Shown: positions 14,906-29,671 of the stretch, in pieces
How positions within the stretch are numbered: position 1 is the first letter of the stretch
Layout: every line of letters begins with the position of its first letter
Source of the DNA: Eledone cirrhosa
Lineage: Eukaryota
NCBI GenBank assembly: GCA_964016885.1
Contig: OZ024741.1
Span: 329,468,001-329,532,000, forward strand
Direction of reading: 5' to 3'
Length of the DNA stretch: 64,000 nt
Notes under the pieces: generated by a model
What the model was told of the DNA's origin: nothing
The model's database searches: none
The model's input: only the letters and a program-made list of their open reading frames with translations
Program-made: the position numbers and the translations under genes

Positions 14906-15569
14906 CCACTTTACAATTCTATTGTTTACATTTCTTTCGATACATCCATCACTACCGATCACACAGCTCGATGAAGATGAAGTGTAGGCTGGGTTATGGT
15001 ATTTATTTGTATCACCTAGGTCTCTTCACAGCTAATTCTGAGCTCGTTCTTTTTAAAGCATGGCTCCGTATCATCTTAGTGTGAAGGAACGAGATATGGC
15101 CTCAGCAACAAATTATTTTCTTCTGTTACTAGATATCGTTAATACAGTAGAAAGGGGTGATAAGTATTCAGATCACAGTTGAAACGTGAAAAATGGTCAT
15201 GCTCAAAAACACAACGTGCTGTTTGGTACGGACAACAATCGAACTTACAACCTTATGATAAGGAACTGATCAACCTAACAATCCAACCACACACCTCCAC
15301 AAAAATTCTTTATTGTTCGGTAGTTAGTTCTTGCAGCCTAGTTCTTGTTTCAACTAGCAGTACAATGCCATCGACAAAATCCAGCTTACAAAACCTTTCA
15401 CCTATGTTTTCATTGGTCTTTCTATTGCTCATACTATCTACTGTAGCAACTCTTGACAAAAGAGAGCAAGATTATAACTCAGAATGCACAGAACCCGATC
15501 AGATGCCACATAACATCCTGTATGACTCTAATAATTTCGCCAGTTAACCACTCTGGTTGGACTGCTATT

Positions 15570-15680
15570 ATATTTTCTTGGCGCTGAAAGGATGAAAGGC
15601 AAAGTTGACCTCGACAAGATTTGAACTCTGAGTAAAGCGAGCTGGAACAAATACTGAGTCCTTGAATCTCATGCTCTAAA
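15570..15680 (-). mobile_element. Nin-type SINE fragment
   Basis: ggatgaaaggcaaagttgacctcg...gatttgaactc. Confidence 0.6.
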
Positions 15681-16424
15681 GACTTTCTGTTTATTGGTCG
15701 TTTAATCAAACAATTTTCCCAATGTTTTCTTTCTACTTTTTGATGAACTGTATTTACTTTTATTTCTTAGAATCGATCTATAATTATTTTTCCTTATCAA
15801 ATATTCTTCCTTCTGTCAGGTGCAATTTTCTACAGATGTCCGAAATGTTATTTTATATTTCATTAAAATTGTTGAGTTGGGATGAATTTTAGTCCTTTTG
15901 GTGTGGTGCTGGTGGTAGTGATGGTGTTGGTGATAATGGCTGTGATGGTGGTGGCGTTGGCGGTTTCTGTTGTGGTATTACACTCGTTCTCTTTTAAACA
16001 CGAAGCATTTATTTATTTATATATTTACTTATTTATTTTTGAGTGGTTTATTCCTTCTAGTTATTTAACCAAGAATGAGTGGCAGATAGATAGAAAGAGA
16101 ATGAATTATTGAGTGAGTGAGACAAAGAAACTGAGAGTGACAGAGAGAGAAGAGAGGGAGCGAGAGAGAGAGAAAGTAAGTGGGTGAGTGAGTGAGTGAA
16201 TTAGTGAAAGAGAGAGTCAGTGAGTCAGTGGGTGAAGGTGACAGTCAGAGACACAGAGAGTGACAGAGAGAGAGAGCGAGACAGACAGACAGACAATGAG
16301 AAGGAAAAGAAACAATAGATTCCATAAATGAACAAATTTTGTTACTTGAACCATTTTGCTTGTTTTCTGTATTTGTTGGTTTGTTGTTTTTTGTTTTTGT
16401 TTTAGTTGTATGCTTATGTAATTC

Positions 16425-16468
<44 letters not shown>

Positions 16469-16484
16469 CTAGCATAGGTATGCA

Positions 16485-16620
<136 letters not shown>

Positions 16621-16666
16621 GAATGTATGTATATATATGCATATCTAGATATATATATAATATAAA

Positions 16667-16707
<41 letters not shown>

Positions 16708-16786
16708 AAGGCATGTGTTCTGGTCCATTACGATTTGAACACATATATGTATATGTCTGTGTTCGTTTTTCTTTTTTGTTCAGTTA

Positions 16787-16853
<67 letters not shown>

Positions 16854-17659
16854 TATATAAACATTATATAAACATATATACATATATATAAACATTATAT
16901 AAACATATATATATAATATATATAAGATGATGGTGGTGGTGGTGGTGGTGGTGGTGGTGGTGGTAGTGGTGGTGATGGTGATGGTGGTGGTGGTGGTGGT
17001 GGTTGTGGTGGTTGTGGTGGCGGTGGTGGTGGTGGTGATGATTTGTTTTAGAATGCGATACGTGATGTAGAACAAGTCGGAAACAATTTGCTTATTCTCT
17101 AGAAAAAGACAATTAATTCCTTCTTTTCTTACTTTCATTCATTTTTCTTTCTCTTTTCTTCTATTTTGTGATTTCGTTCATTCATTCTCTTTTTCTTTTT
17201 TCTTTTCCTTTCTTTTCTTTCTTTTTCTTATTTTACCTCTTTTTTTGTGCGACCTTTGGAAAAACATGGAAATTTTGGTGATAAGATATGACAAGCAAGA
17301 TGAGATAAGATAAAAGTCGGCAACAACAACATCAACAGCCGTAGCAACAGCAACAACAAAGGCAGCAGTGGCGGCAAGATTAAAGGAAGGTATTTATTGG
17401 CTTCGCAATGCTACAAGGAAAAAAGATTTTCGGTGGAAAAAATTCATAATAATAATAAGAAAAATTAAGAAGAAGGAAGGAAATACGAAACTAAAGAAGG
17501 ATTAAAATAAAAAAGAACTAAAATATTAACACAGAACAAAGTATTTATATCTTCTTTGATTTCAAAACATTATATAGGTTTGTATTTATGTATATATGTA
17601 TATTTATGTGTGTATGTATATGAGTGTATGAGTGTAAGTATATATATAGATGAGTGTAA

Positions 17660-17708
<49 letters not shown>

Positions 17709-17860
17709 AAAGTTCTATTTAAATTGTTGGGATACAATAAGCAAATATTTTTATAACTGATATAAAGCACTCAACACATATTTGGAGTAAACACTATCCG
17801 GGAGCTTCCAACAGTTTTTAAGGGTATGTCAATATTTGTTTATAAAACTGATCTATATTA

Positions 17861-17925
17861 TATTTTGTCTGATGAAAGCACACCATAATTTAACTTGGTG
17901 TCCTTGAAATATGTATAATGAAATA
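17861..17925 (+). ncRNA. Type I hammerhead ribozyme (R-type arm, element 17790-17966)
   Basis: UAUUUUGU-CUGAUGA-AAGCACACCA..UGGUGUCCUU-GAAA-UAUGUA-UA-AUGAAAUA. Confidence 0.78.
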
Positions 17926-17998
17926 AATATGGTTTTATAAATATAGTTTCCATTTGTTAATATCGTATATATATATATATATATACATACATACATAA

Positions 17999-18029
<31 letters not shown>

Positions 18030-18102
18030 TATATATATATATATGCATATATATATATATGCATATATATATATGCATATATATATATGTATATATATAT
18101 GG

Positions 18103-18133
<31 letters not shown>

Positions 18134-18185
18134 GAAAAAATGAAATTTCATTTCTCACTCTTAGTACGGCTGATACATACTTATA

Positions 18186-18276
<91 letters not shown>

Positions 18277-18802
18277 GCGTGCGTATTAATGTGTGTTTCG
18301 GTGCGTACGTGTACCTGCGTGACTGTGCATGTGCATGTGCATGTGTGTGTGTGTGTCTGTGTGTGTGTATGTTTGGTTATTCACTGCTGTATATAGGAGT
18401 TAGATTCTTACTTCATATTTTATAATAAGAAAATGTGGTGACTTTAAAGAATGTGAATCACCTGTAAGCTTTGAAAGAGTACAGCGAAAGACAAGAAAAC
18501 ATCGCGTCGGTGTAAATTGTTTGGTAGTGTGCTGTAGTTAAAAGTAATTTTACATTGTGGACGCAACATTGTGGAATGCTTAGAGATTCGCTTTGCAAAT
18601 ATTAGGTGTTGAAACCGTGACTTGCCCGGCCGCTATCTCTTAGCACTGGTCGCCGTCGACACCTCAGCGGGGCGAGGCCGAAACACCATTCTGCCTTATG
18701 TATAAAATCTGTCACCCTCTTCATCTTCTCCTTTCTTTCGTTGCTTAACAATCCCTACCCTTTCCCGCCTTTTCTTTTGTTGTTTTGTTTTTTTACTAAG
18801 TA

Positions 18803-18877
<75 letters not shown>

Positions 18878-18970
18878 AAGGTATATATTGAGTCAGAAAC
18901 TCAAAACAGTCTCATACAATAAATTGGCTCTAGGAAAGAGAGTTTTTCGAGCTGTAGAAAAGAGAGTTTT

Positions 18971-19162
<192 letters not shown>

Positions 19163-19229
19163 CATATATATATACATATATATATACATATATATATATA
19201 CATATATATATATATACATATATATATAC

Positions 19230-19261
<32 letters not shown>

Positions 19262-19262
19262 G

Positions 19263-19293
<31 letters not shown>

Positions 19294-19368
19294 GTATATA
19301 AATATATATATGTATATATATATGTATATATATATATATGTATATATATATATGTATATATATGTATG

Positions 19369-19402
<34 letters not shown>

Positions 19403-19463
19403 TACATATATATATAGACATATATATATATATATTAGAATTGTTGCTCTGAAATAGCTATCT

Positions 19464-19932
19464 ATATATGAATGTATATACAGTGTATTTTGCAATACAC
19501 TGTATGCTTAATAAAAAGCATTTTGAAAACCTTATGCTATTGTTTTAGAGTAGTGACAGACTCACTTACTTTAATTTCAGCACACACGGGGAGATAAAGC
19601 TGACAAGGTCTTGTTTCTGCATTTATTGATGCTTATCAAAGCTAACTACTCCTTCCCGTTTGCTGAGAACCTGGATCTTTTGGTCGTTATAGAATTCTAG
19701 TAAATAATCAGGAACTGATTATACAGAGCGGTTGCCGGTCAAGCAGAAATTAAAACGGAAAGGAGTTGATAAACATCAATAAATGCAGAAACAAGGCCTT
19801 GTCAGCTTTATCTCCCCGTGTGTGCTGAAATTAAAGTAAGTGAGTCTGTCACTACTCTAAAACAATAGCATAAGGTTTTCAAAATGCTTTTTATTAAGCA
19901 TACAGTGTATTGCAAAATACACTATATATACA

Positions 19933-19940
<8 letters not shown>
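19464..19940. mobile_element. MITE-like foldback element (~175-bp near-perfect TIRs) in (TA)n
   Basis: 19464-19638 pairs with 19766-19940. Each arm begins with a sub-palindrome, tacagtgtattttgcaatacactgta. Confidence 0.8.
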
Positions 19941-20016
<76 letters not shown>

Positions 20017-20102
20017 CATATATATGTATATATATGTATATATATATATGTATATATATACATATATATTATATATGTATATATATATATGTATATATAT
20101 AC

Positions 20103-20134
<32 letters not shown>

Positions 20135-20212
20135 GTATATATATATGTATGTATATATATATATGTATATATGTATATATATATACATATATATATATTC
20201 ATATATATATAC

Positions 20213-20290
<78 letters not shown>

Positions 20291-20291
20291 G

Positions 20292-20395
<104 letters not shown>

Positions 20396-20437
20396 CGAAA
20401 CATAAGTCAATTGCATGAACTCATAATCCTTTATTTG

Positions 20438-20491
20438 CTGCTATATATATTTCGATGATAGCCATTGAATGGCTATGACCTCATCAGGCAG
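20438..20491 (-). ncRNA. Type I hammerhead ribozyme in a short (TA)n-flanked element (20392-20718)
   Basis: CUGC-CUGAUGA-GGUCAUAGCCAUUCAAUGGCUAUCAUC-GAAA-UAUAUA-UA-GCAG. Confidence 0.75.
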
Positions 20492-20714
20492 TTAGTCAGT
20501 TCTTAGATATGCCAGCTCTGTTTTATAGTGTTGATGGTATCAGAGCCTTGGGACATATGAGCTTGTTAGGAATAATTTAATGTTGTCAGCAGGAATAGTC
20601 TTGATTCTCATTGGTCAGTTTTTAGATGGTAGTAGGGTTGGTATTTGACCTCAAAGAGGCAGGTGGTGTTGTAAATTTCAAACCGTCAGGCAAGATGACA
20701 ATAGTTCCATATGA

Positions 20715-20918
<204 letters not shown>

Positions 20919-20919
20919 C

Positions 20920-21038
<119 letters not shown>

Positions 21039-21067
21039 CATATACATATATATATATATACATATAC

Positions 21068-21170
<103 letters not shown>

Positions 21171-21239
21171 TATATACATATATACATATATATATATATA
21201 CATATATACATATATATATATACATATATACATATATAC

Positions 21240-21354
<115 letters not shown>

Positions 21355-21425
21355 TACATATATACACATATATATATATGCACATATATATATATAAGAT
21401 CAAAAGATGGTTAAATGAGTTCATG

Positions 21426-21496
21426 TATTTTATTATGCGCATTTCAAAAACAAATATCATCATGCAATAACATTTGTGTTTTCATCAGATAAAATA
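21426..21496 (-). ncRNA. Type I hammerhead ribozyme (PLE-associated)
   Basis: Minus strand: UAUUUUAU-CUGAUGA-[~16-bp stem II]-GAAA-UGCGCA-UA-AUAAAAUA. Perfect 8-bp stem I and palindromic stem/loop III. Confidence 0.85.
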
Positions 21497-21844
21497 GGAG
21501 GACATGATATGAAGGTTAAAAACACTTGTGGATAGTGCAGTTTTAAATCAACATATGAAAAGTAGTTTTAGATTGATGTATGATATTGGGGGGGGGGGAA
21601 TTGCGGGGGGGTATGAAAAAGAGGAGGAGATGAGAGTAAAAAGTGGAGGGGGAGGAGTATAATGAGGAAGGATGAGATAGGAGGAGAGATGGCTGATAGA
21701 GAGAGAGAGATAGCTTTTATAACTGAGAAAAATATATTGTTTTACATAGAGAGGTTGAAAAACCGTTGTAAGATAATGTATAAATTAAAAGAATTTGAAA
21801 ATTAACGAAGAGAAAAATAATGTAAAGTTAAGGTTTGTATATTG

Positions 21845-22010
21845 AAGGGTTTAATAATATGTGCGATGAAAAGAAATTGTTAATATGTATTAAGAATAAT
21901 ATTTAAGGGTTTAATAATATGTGCGATGGAAAGAAAATGTTAATATGTATTAAGAATAATTTTAAGGGTTTAATAATATGTGCGATGGAAAGAAAATGTT
22001 GATATGTATT
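21845..22010. repeat. Minisatellite, 3 x ~59 bp, inside the PLE 3' region
   Basis: aagggtttaataatatgtgcgatggaaagaaaatgttaatatgtatta is repeated. Confidence 0.85.
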
Positions 22011-24682
22011 ATTAAAAAAACAGAAGTAATGTAAGTAAGAATATATTGTGAGATGAGCATGAATAAGTTAGATGAAAGTGAGAGAAAAATAATGAATAGA
22101 GGATGAATAATCTAACGTCAAAAAAAATGTTTATGTTTATGAAGGATTTTTTCAAGGTGATATAAAGTAAGAATATAGTGTATTGTGTAATAATTGTTTC
22201 TATGTTAGGCACAGTGAGAAAAGGTACAGATTAGGGGTTAGAAATTAAAAGAAAAAGAAAAGAAAAGGAAAAGGAAGAAAGGGAAGTGATGAATAGGAAT
22301 GATATAGAATATGATAAATAACTTTGAAATAAGGTAGAAAGATGGGTATATTTTTAAAGAAGTATATATATATATATATGTGTGCCTTTGAGAAAAGGAT
22401 TCTGAATTGATAAAGTTTAGGATATTAGCTGTATATTTTATGAAAAGTTCTGTGGAATTTATGCAAGCAGATAGAAAACAAGTCAGTGCGTCTATTTATT
22501 ATAGAATCTAAATTAGATATAATGGTAAATGTTTCATTCAGACAGAGATTGCAAGTCTTGGATAGAGAACTGTTCAAGTATAAAGAAGCAGAGAAAACCT
22601 TTTTCCAATAGATGTTATATTTAATATTTTTGTCTTTCAAGGACCATATGAGTTCTGAGAGAGCCGTGTTGGTTCTTTTAAGTTTATATTTAAAAGACGA
22701 ATGATGATTATAAAGACGAGCTTTAAAGGAGGTGGAAGTGGAGCCAAAATAGGTGAAGGAATTGGTGTCAGTTATAACTTTACATTCGTAAATTAAGTTT
22801 TTATCAAGACAATGGTTGTTGAGAGGACATTTATTTTTAGCAGGGCAATTGCAATTGCGATTAGAGAGATTATTAACGAGTGACCTAGTGTTATCTATAG
22901 AAGGAATTGGATTGGAGAAGTTATTTGCGATAGGAATAATAGTTTCTTGATTTAGAATGGGATTAAGAACATTTAGCGAAGTTGTGTTTGACGTTGTATT
23001 TGGGTTTGCAGAAATTAGCCTAGGGTTTACAATGACGTCGGGAGTACTATTACTATTATTATGATATTCAGTGTTGGAAGGAAGAGATTTAGTATTTAGT
23101 ATTTTATTGTTGTGTTTAGAGATAATGTTGGAAATGTTGGAGGATGTCGAATAGGAAAATTTTATAGTGTGTTTGTTAAATATTTTACTATAGATATGTG
23201 AGGGAGGGAAGCATTTATTTAAGGCACTAAAGAATAATTTAGGAATATTATTATTAATAGAGATGGAGAAAGGAGCATTATATCAGATTAAGTTTTTGAA
23301 TCTAGGTCTTTTATTAAAGTTATTGGAATGATCATGATTAATTATTCTACTGTAAGATCTTCTAGAATTTGTTTCTTTATTATATTTGATTTTATCAGGA
23401 TAGCCGGCTTTAGAAAGCGCGTTATTATAGTAATTGGCGTTAGCATCGAAGATGTTTTTATTAGAAGATAGGTTAGATATTCTTTTTCCAATATTACTAA
23501 CTATAGCATTCTTAATATTAGTAGGGTGGTTAGATTTAAAATTAACATAATTTAGGTTCTCATTGTTTTTATGGTAAGGGTAATATAGGCCAGTGTCAAG
23601 ATTAAGAGATACATCCAAGAAATTAGCTAGTTTGATGCTGTTATCAAATTCAATTTTTAGGTTATGTTGGTTAAAGAGATTACGTATATTGTTCTTAATA
23701 ATATTAAGGTTAACTATGTTGCAATTTAAGAGAGTAAAGAGTCCATCGTCACGATAAATTCCACCGCGAAGTTGAGGAATTTTCCGACTCAAAGAGTTCA
23801 AAATAAAGATACCATTAAATCTGTCAATTGGGATGAATCGGATGCTCCCATTGTGATGTCGAAGTTGTTAGAGGTATCAGCTCTGGTCCAATATTCATTG
23901 TTGAACTCAATGATGGTTTTACGTGCGGTGAGAATGATGTGAAGTTCATCTGTGGTGATGTCAGAATATTTAAATGCGAAAGATAGAGCATTGTTGAGAA
24001 GTGAAGGCGAAATAGAAGAATAGTAGCTGGCAATATCAAATTGAACAAATTTTAGTTTGTTTTTATTATTCAATTTGTTGAACCAGTCAATCACTTCAGA
24101 AGTACCAAACCATAAATTTAAGTTCAAAGAAGAGCAATTAGAACGAACCTGTGGGATAATTCTATCCAAGATGGCTTTACTAACAACCCCCAGATCTGAT
24201 TTAGAGGGGGCGATTAATCTAACAGGTAGTTCTGTGCGAAAATTGTATATATACATATATATATATGTATATATACATATATATATATACATATATATAT
24301 ATACATATATATATATATAGTCTCTCATTGTATGTGTATATAAACAAGTAAATAGATACAAGGGCGAGCAAGGAGAATAGGGAGAAAAGGAGAGCAAGGA
24401 GAGCAATGAGAAAAGGAGGGGAAGGAGAGCAAGGAGAGAAGGGGGCAGGGAGGACGGGGAGAGGGGTAACGGAGGAAGGGATGAGAGGGAGTAGAGGGGG
24501 AAGGGGGAAGTGGAGGAAGGGGAAGTGAGGGAATAGAGATGCAAGGGGAGGAAGGGGTGGAAACAGAGGTAAGAGATAAAAGGCTGGAGGGAGAGGATGG
24601 GGAGGAGTGAGGTAGAGGAGGAAGGAGAAGGGAAGGAATTGAATGATGAGGAGAGGAGCATATATACATATATCAGTATGTG

Positions 24683-24750
<68 letters not shown>

Positions 24751-25782
24751 ATAAATATATATACATATACTGAGGTTGCCTGGATGTGTCCACATAAATT
24801 TTTCTAAGAAAAAAAAGAAAATGGTCGAGATAGGAAACAGTATATCGCTTTTGAACAGAATTAATCATTGCGTATATTATGTTCCAACTTGAAGGCGTTT
24901 GAAGGTTGCCTAACAGTTGTCCGATTGAGCTGAAATTTTACACACAAAGTGTTTTTTTTATTGGAACAGGATTAGCGGGTGGGAGCAGCAAACCTTTGGA
25001 AAATTACCTATTGCTAAGGGCCACCCTAGTATATATATATATATATACATACATACATATCTGTATATATATATACATATCTTTCGGAAAATTACTTATT
25101 GCTAAGGGTCACCCTAATATACATGCATATATTTACGTTTGTGTCTGTGTTTATGTGCAGTAATTTAGCCTTTCCACAAAAATACGATCAATAAAATAAG
25201 AACCATGTACCAGACTTGAGAAGATTCTAAATAATCAGGTTGATTTGATTCACTAAATCAAGGTGCTGCTCCAGCGTGGCCGCAGTTTAATGATTGAAAA
25301 CAGGAAAAGAGTAAAAGAATAAGAGAATAAATAAATAAATTATCTGGAAAGAAACTGAATCACCGTTCTCCGTCTTGTCTAACATGTATCTATCAGTTGC
25401 CAACTCGTTCGTTCGGAATTGCTGGAAAGCAGAGGAAGACTTTTGTTGCCTGCATAGATTCCGCTTCTCTCCGGTGATTTCTGATGAGCTAAAGTCACGT
25501 GACCAACTGATGATATATCTTTATTACCAAAGTTTCGCCATTACCAAACAACCAGATTCTCCCTTTTTTTATGCCGTTGTTAAGGTTAATATGTGTTTAT
25601 TACGTTTTCGTTCTTGTAGTTTTGTTGTTGTTTCTGTTGTTGGTATTGTAGTTGCTGCTGATATTGTTGTTGTTGTTTTTGTTGTGAGATGTAAAACTAT
25701 TTGATGAAGAACTGAAGCAGTTAATGCTTGATCGTGTGAGATGGAAAGGTTTTATCATGTTACTACAAAGAAGTGGATGAAT

Positions 25783-25844
<62 letters not shown>

Positions 25845-26394
25845 GGTGGTGGTAGTAGTTTTTGTTGTTGTTGTTTGATTTTTACTAGGTCTGGAGGAAG
25901 GAGCTGTACCCTCTGTGGCTGGATGATATTAATGCTGTTGATGTTCAGTTGAAATTGTTGCTGATGTCGACTGTCGACTCCAGCAGGAAATACATGTGCA
26001 GGGAGAGAAGTTTTTTAGTGGTACGACATTTTGATGAAGAAGAAGGACTAGGCATAACGGGTCTGGGGTGTTGGACACAATATGAGTAATGGGAGACGAG
26101 GGAAACGGGAATGTCTGTTGTTATTTAATTCCAGATGAGCCATAGTTGAGAAACTCCTACGATAACTATATAAGGAGGGAGCCTCGCGAGGTGGAATGGC
26201 TCTTCTAGCGCATCTCCCTCACCATCCTCCGAGGAAACGCCTTCTCTAATCTGTCAACCCCCACCAATAATGAGAGATGGGGAGAGCCGGAGAGACGGAA
26301 GCGGTGACAATGGGAGTTTGGTTCCTCGGTTTTCGGACCTGGTGTACATGTGTATGTGACTAATTTAATAGAATTTTGATGTTACGGCACTATA

Positions 26395-26570
26395 TAATTG
26401 TTTCTGCTTTTGGCACAAGGCCAGCAATTACCCAGTGTATTACTGGTGCTTTATTTTATCGACCCCGTAAGGATGAAAGGTAAAGTTTACCTCGGCGGGA
26501 TTTGAACTCAGACCATAAGGGGCGTAACTCTATGCTGAAAAGCATGGCGTCCGACCTTCTACCGATTTAG
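26395..26570 (-). mobile_element. Nin-type SINE
   Basis: Full core and B-box. Confidence 0.85.
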
Positions 26571-27621
26571 CGACAAGGACAACATTTTTCAGCGAATCGA
26601 ATGTCGATTAAATCAACCTCTGTTGCTAGATGGAAACATGTGTGAATGTATGTGTTTCTATGAATGTGTGTGTGTGTGTGTTTCTATGAATGTGTGTATA
26701 TTTGTATGAATGTATGTGAGTGTTTGCATGGATGAGTGTGTGTCTGTATGAATGTGTGTGTGTGTGTGTTGTGATTGAACGAATGTGTGTATGTGTTTGA
26801 ACAAATGTGTTTGTATCTGTATGAATTGTGTGTGTTTGTATGAATATGTGTCTGTTTTGTATGTATGTGTGTGATTATACAAATGTATATGTAATGAATG
26901 TGTGTGTGTTTTACCAATGTATATGAATGAATGTGTGTGTGTGTTTATATGAATGCACATGTATGAATGTGTGTGTGTGAATGGATATGTGTATCAACGT
27001 ATGTAAGTGTATGAATGTGTGTGTATATTTCATTAGAAATATAGTAACGAAATGATAAAACTAACTACCAAGTCACCTCTCCACATCTGTTCGGTTTTCT
27101 TTCTTTACAGTTATAAGACGTATAATTCCTTTTAAAATAACCGTATAGATTTTTATAGTTTATATTTTAGATGATGTAACAACAGATTGTAAGAGATTAT
27201 TGTTCAGTTAAAAATATATTTCTTTCTACTCTCTCTAATCAAACCACCCCTCTCTCATTTTCTCTTTATTCTTGGTCTTATACAATATCTCTCTTTCTTT
27301 CTTTCGATCTTTCTTTATTTCGTTATTTCCGTGGAATTTTTCCCATCTGTCGGTATCACCATCTGACTGTCTATCTGTTTATATAGGTAATATATCTTTG
27401 TACAAACACAAATACTCACAAACAAACACAAACACACACACACACACACATACACACACACATAGACAGACACAGACACACGCACACACGCACACACACA
27501 CACACATACACACATACACACACACAGACACAAAAACACGCACATACGCACACACAGACACAAAAACGCGCACATACACACACATAGACACAGACAGACA
27601 TAGACACACACACATGCACGC

Positions 27622-27679
<58 letters not shown>

Positions 27680-27686
27680 GTATGTA

Positions 27687-27776
27687 CAGGGTCTCCCAAA
27701 AATGTATACACACTTCAACAGTATTGTAATAAATATTGCCAGTACAAAGTGTGTATACATTTTTGGGGACACCCTG
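27687..27776. mobile_element. Tc1/mariner-type MITE with TA target-site duplication
   Basis: TA|CAGGGT..CCCAAAAATGTATACACACTT ... AAGTGTGTATACATTTTTGGGGACACCCTG|TA. Confidence 0.85.
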
Positions 27777-27845
<69 letters not shown>

Positions 27846-28103
27846 CAATAATGCACACACACAATCGCACCCATGACCCTCCAGCTTCCACTCCTGAATG
27901 CTGGACCAATCCCCTACCACCCCATCCTGCTTAATAACCTTTTTCCAAACAATCATGTACCTACCTGTTCTCTCCCTCACCCAACTCTCCATTTCCTGAC
28001 GAAGGACGTCCGTCCGAACCGCCGAATCCTTTTCAACTTCCTCCTAAGCGTGATCCTAATAAGACTTTGTGTCTTTACATCCTCGTGTTTGTTCTATTTG
28101 TTC

Positions 28104-28202
<99 letters not shown>

Positions 28203-28300
28203 TAGATAGATAGATAGATAGATATTTATATATATAAGACCGAATGGGTATATATACCCATCAAATACATCTTTCATTGTGGCTCATTGGATGATATACA

Positions 28301-28346
28301 CGGCTTCTGATGAGTGTCCAATTAGAGCCGAAAATCGATTAAAGGT
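28301..28346 (+). ncRNA. Degenerate hammerhead ribozyme
   Basis: cggctt ctgatga gtgtccaattagagcc gaaa atcgat ta aaggtg; stem II has mismatches. Confidence 0.5.
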
Positions 28347-28476
28347 GCTTAGTATTTTTTCATTTTACTAGAAAATTCGTATTTTCTGGCATGTTGTAAA
28401 CATATGCCTACATATTAGATATGTCTATATATTTATATATGTTGGTGCAGTGATACCTATGCTAGTTCTGTCAACT

Positions 28477-28564
<88 letters not shown>

Positions 28565-28647
28565 ATAATAATAAATTTGGAGACTAAAATCCAAAGAGGG
28601 CTCGATAAGGATAAATATATATCAAATATATAAGAACCGTAGAGCAA

Positions 28648-28704
28648 AGATCCCGTTAAGGGTGAAACACCGATTCTTTGCTTAAACTATAATCTGTTAT
28701 TTTA

Positions 28705-28772
<68 letters not shown>

Positions 28773-28830
28773 TAAAATAACAGAATAAAGTTTAAGCAAA
28801 GAATCGGTGCTTTCACCCTTAACGGGATCT
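28648..28830. repeat. Inverted ~60-bp repeats facing each other across a (TA)n tract
   Basis: agatcccgttaagggtgaaa.accgattctttgcttaaac...(TA)n...gtttaagcaaagaatcggtgctttcacccttaacgggatct. Relatives lie at 36765-36812 and 42865-42980. Confidence 0.8.
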
Positions 28831-29148
28831 TCTGAAACTAACAAAGTCAATCTGTAAACGCAGAAGTGGATATTTAAAAAAACGTTGCAACCGGAGGAAA
28901 ACAGGAAGGCGATACTTTGGTTCGTGGAAACGTTCGCTGGCAAAGAACGGGAAAAAACGAGTATAATACGTCATTAATAGGAGCGGTGAAAAACAATTAC
29001 GCGCAAAGACAGAACCACGTTTATGGTATAAAAGAGGTCGTAGAGTAATGTTCTCTTAGGTGGTTCATAGAGACGTTCTCTGGCAATGAACGAAAAAAAC
29101 GAAGATAATACGTCATATGTGGATTTTAGTCTTCAAATTTATTATTAT

Positions 29149-29261
<113 letters not shown>

Positions 29262-29457
29262 CAAATGGTAAGCAGAAATAAAAAAAATCAAACGACACAG
29301 TTCAATGAAGAAATATATTATTAGTTTTACGCTTGATATAGTAGGAAAAAAGTTTTAACGTTTCGGACGCTAGTCATTCATCTGAGAAAACAGTTGATGC
29401 TGGTGTTTTGTGTGTGATATACTTTTCTGAAAAGGTAGTGATCGAGCGCGACAAGTT

Positions 29458-29550
<93 letters not shown>

Positions 29551-29552
29551 GT

Positions 29553-29593
<41 letters not shown>

Positions 29594-29671
29594 CGTACAT
29601 TTGTTTATGCATCTATATATATTTTATTTATACATAAAACACATACATATACATACATAGATACATACATA

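Larger units (their letters stand above)
21397..24245 (-). mobile_element. Penelope-like retroelement (RT plus GIY-YIG), 5'-truncated and frameshifted, with a hammerhead in the 3' region
   Basis: RT motifs FDIASYYSSI, ITMGASDS, GGIYRDDG and FLDVSLNL. GIY-YIG region CNC..KCPLNNHCL...IYEC...TYFGST...FKARLYNH...CNLCLNE. Both ends lie in (TA)n. Confidence 0.88.

Noticed and set aside
21845-22010. CRISPR-like array
   Set aside because: Contiguous tandem units with no unique spacers, in a eukaryotic context.
23798-24868. 356-aa ORF as an intact protein
   Set aside because: Only the part below about 24245 is PLE RT. The rest reads through microsatellite and polypurine tracts.
24769-25030. Possible Tc1/mariner MITE ending gggccaccctag
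   Set aside because: The left terminus matches too poorly to define TIRs by eye.
25481-25510. ctgatga as a hammerhead core
   Set aside because: No stem II followed by GAAA and no stem I complement.
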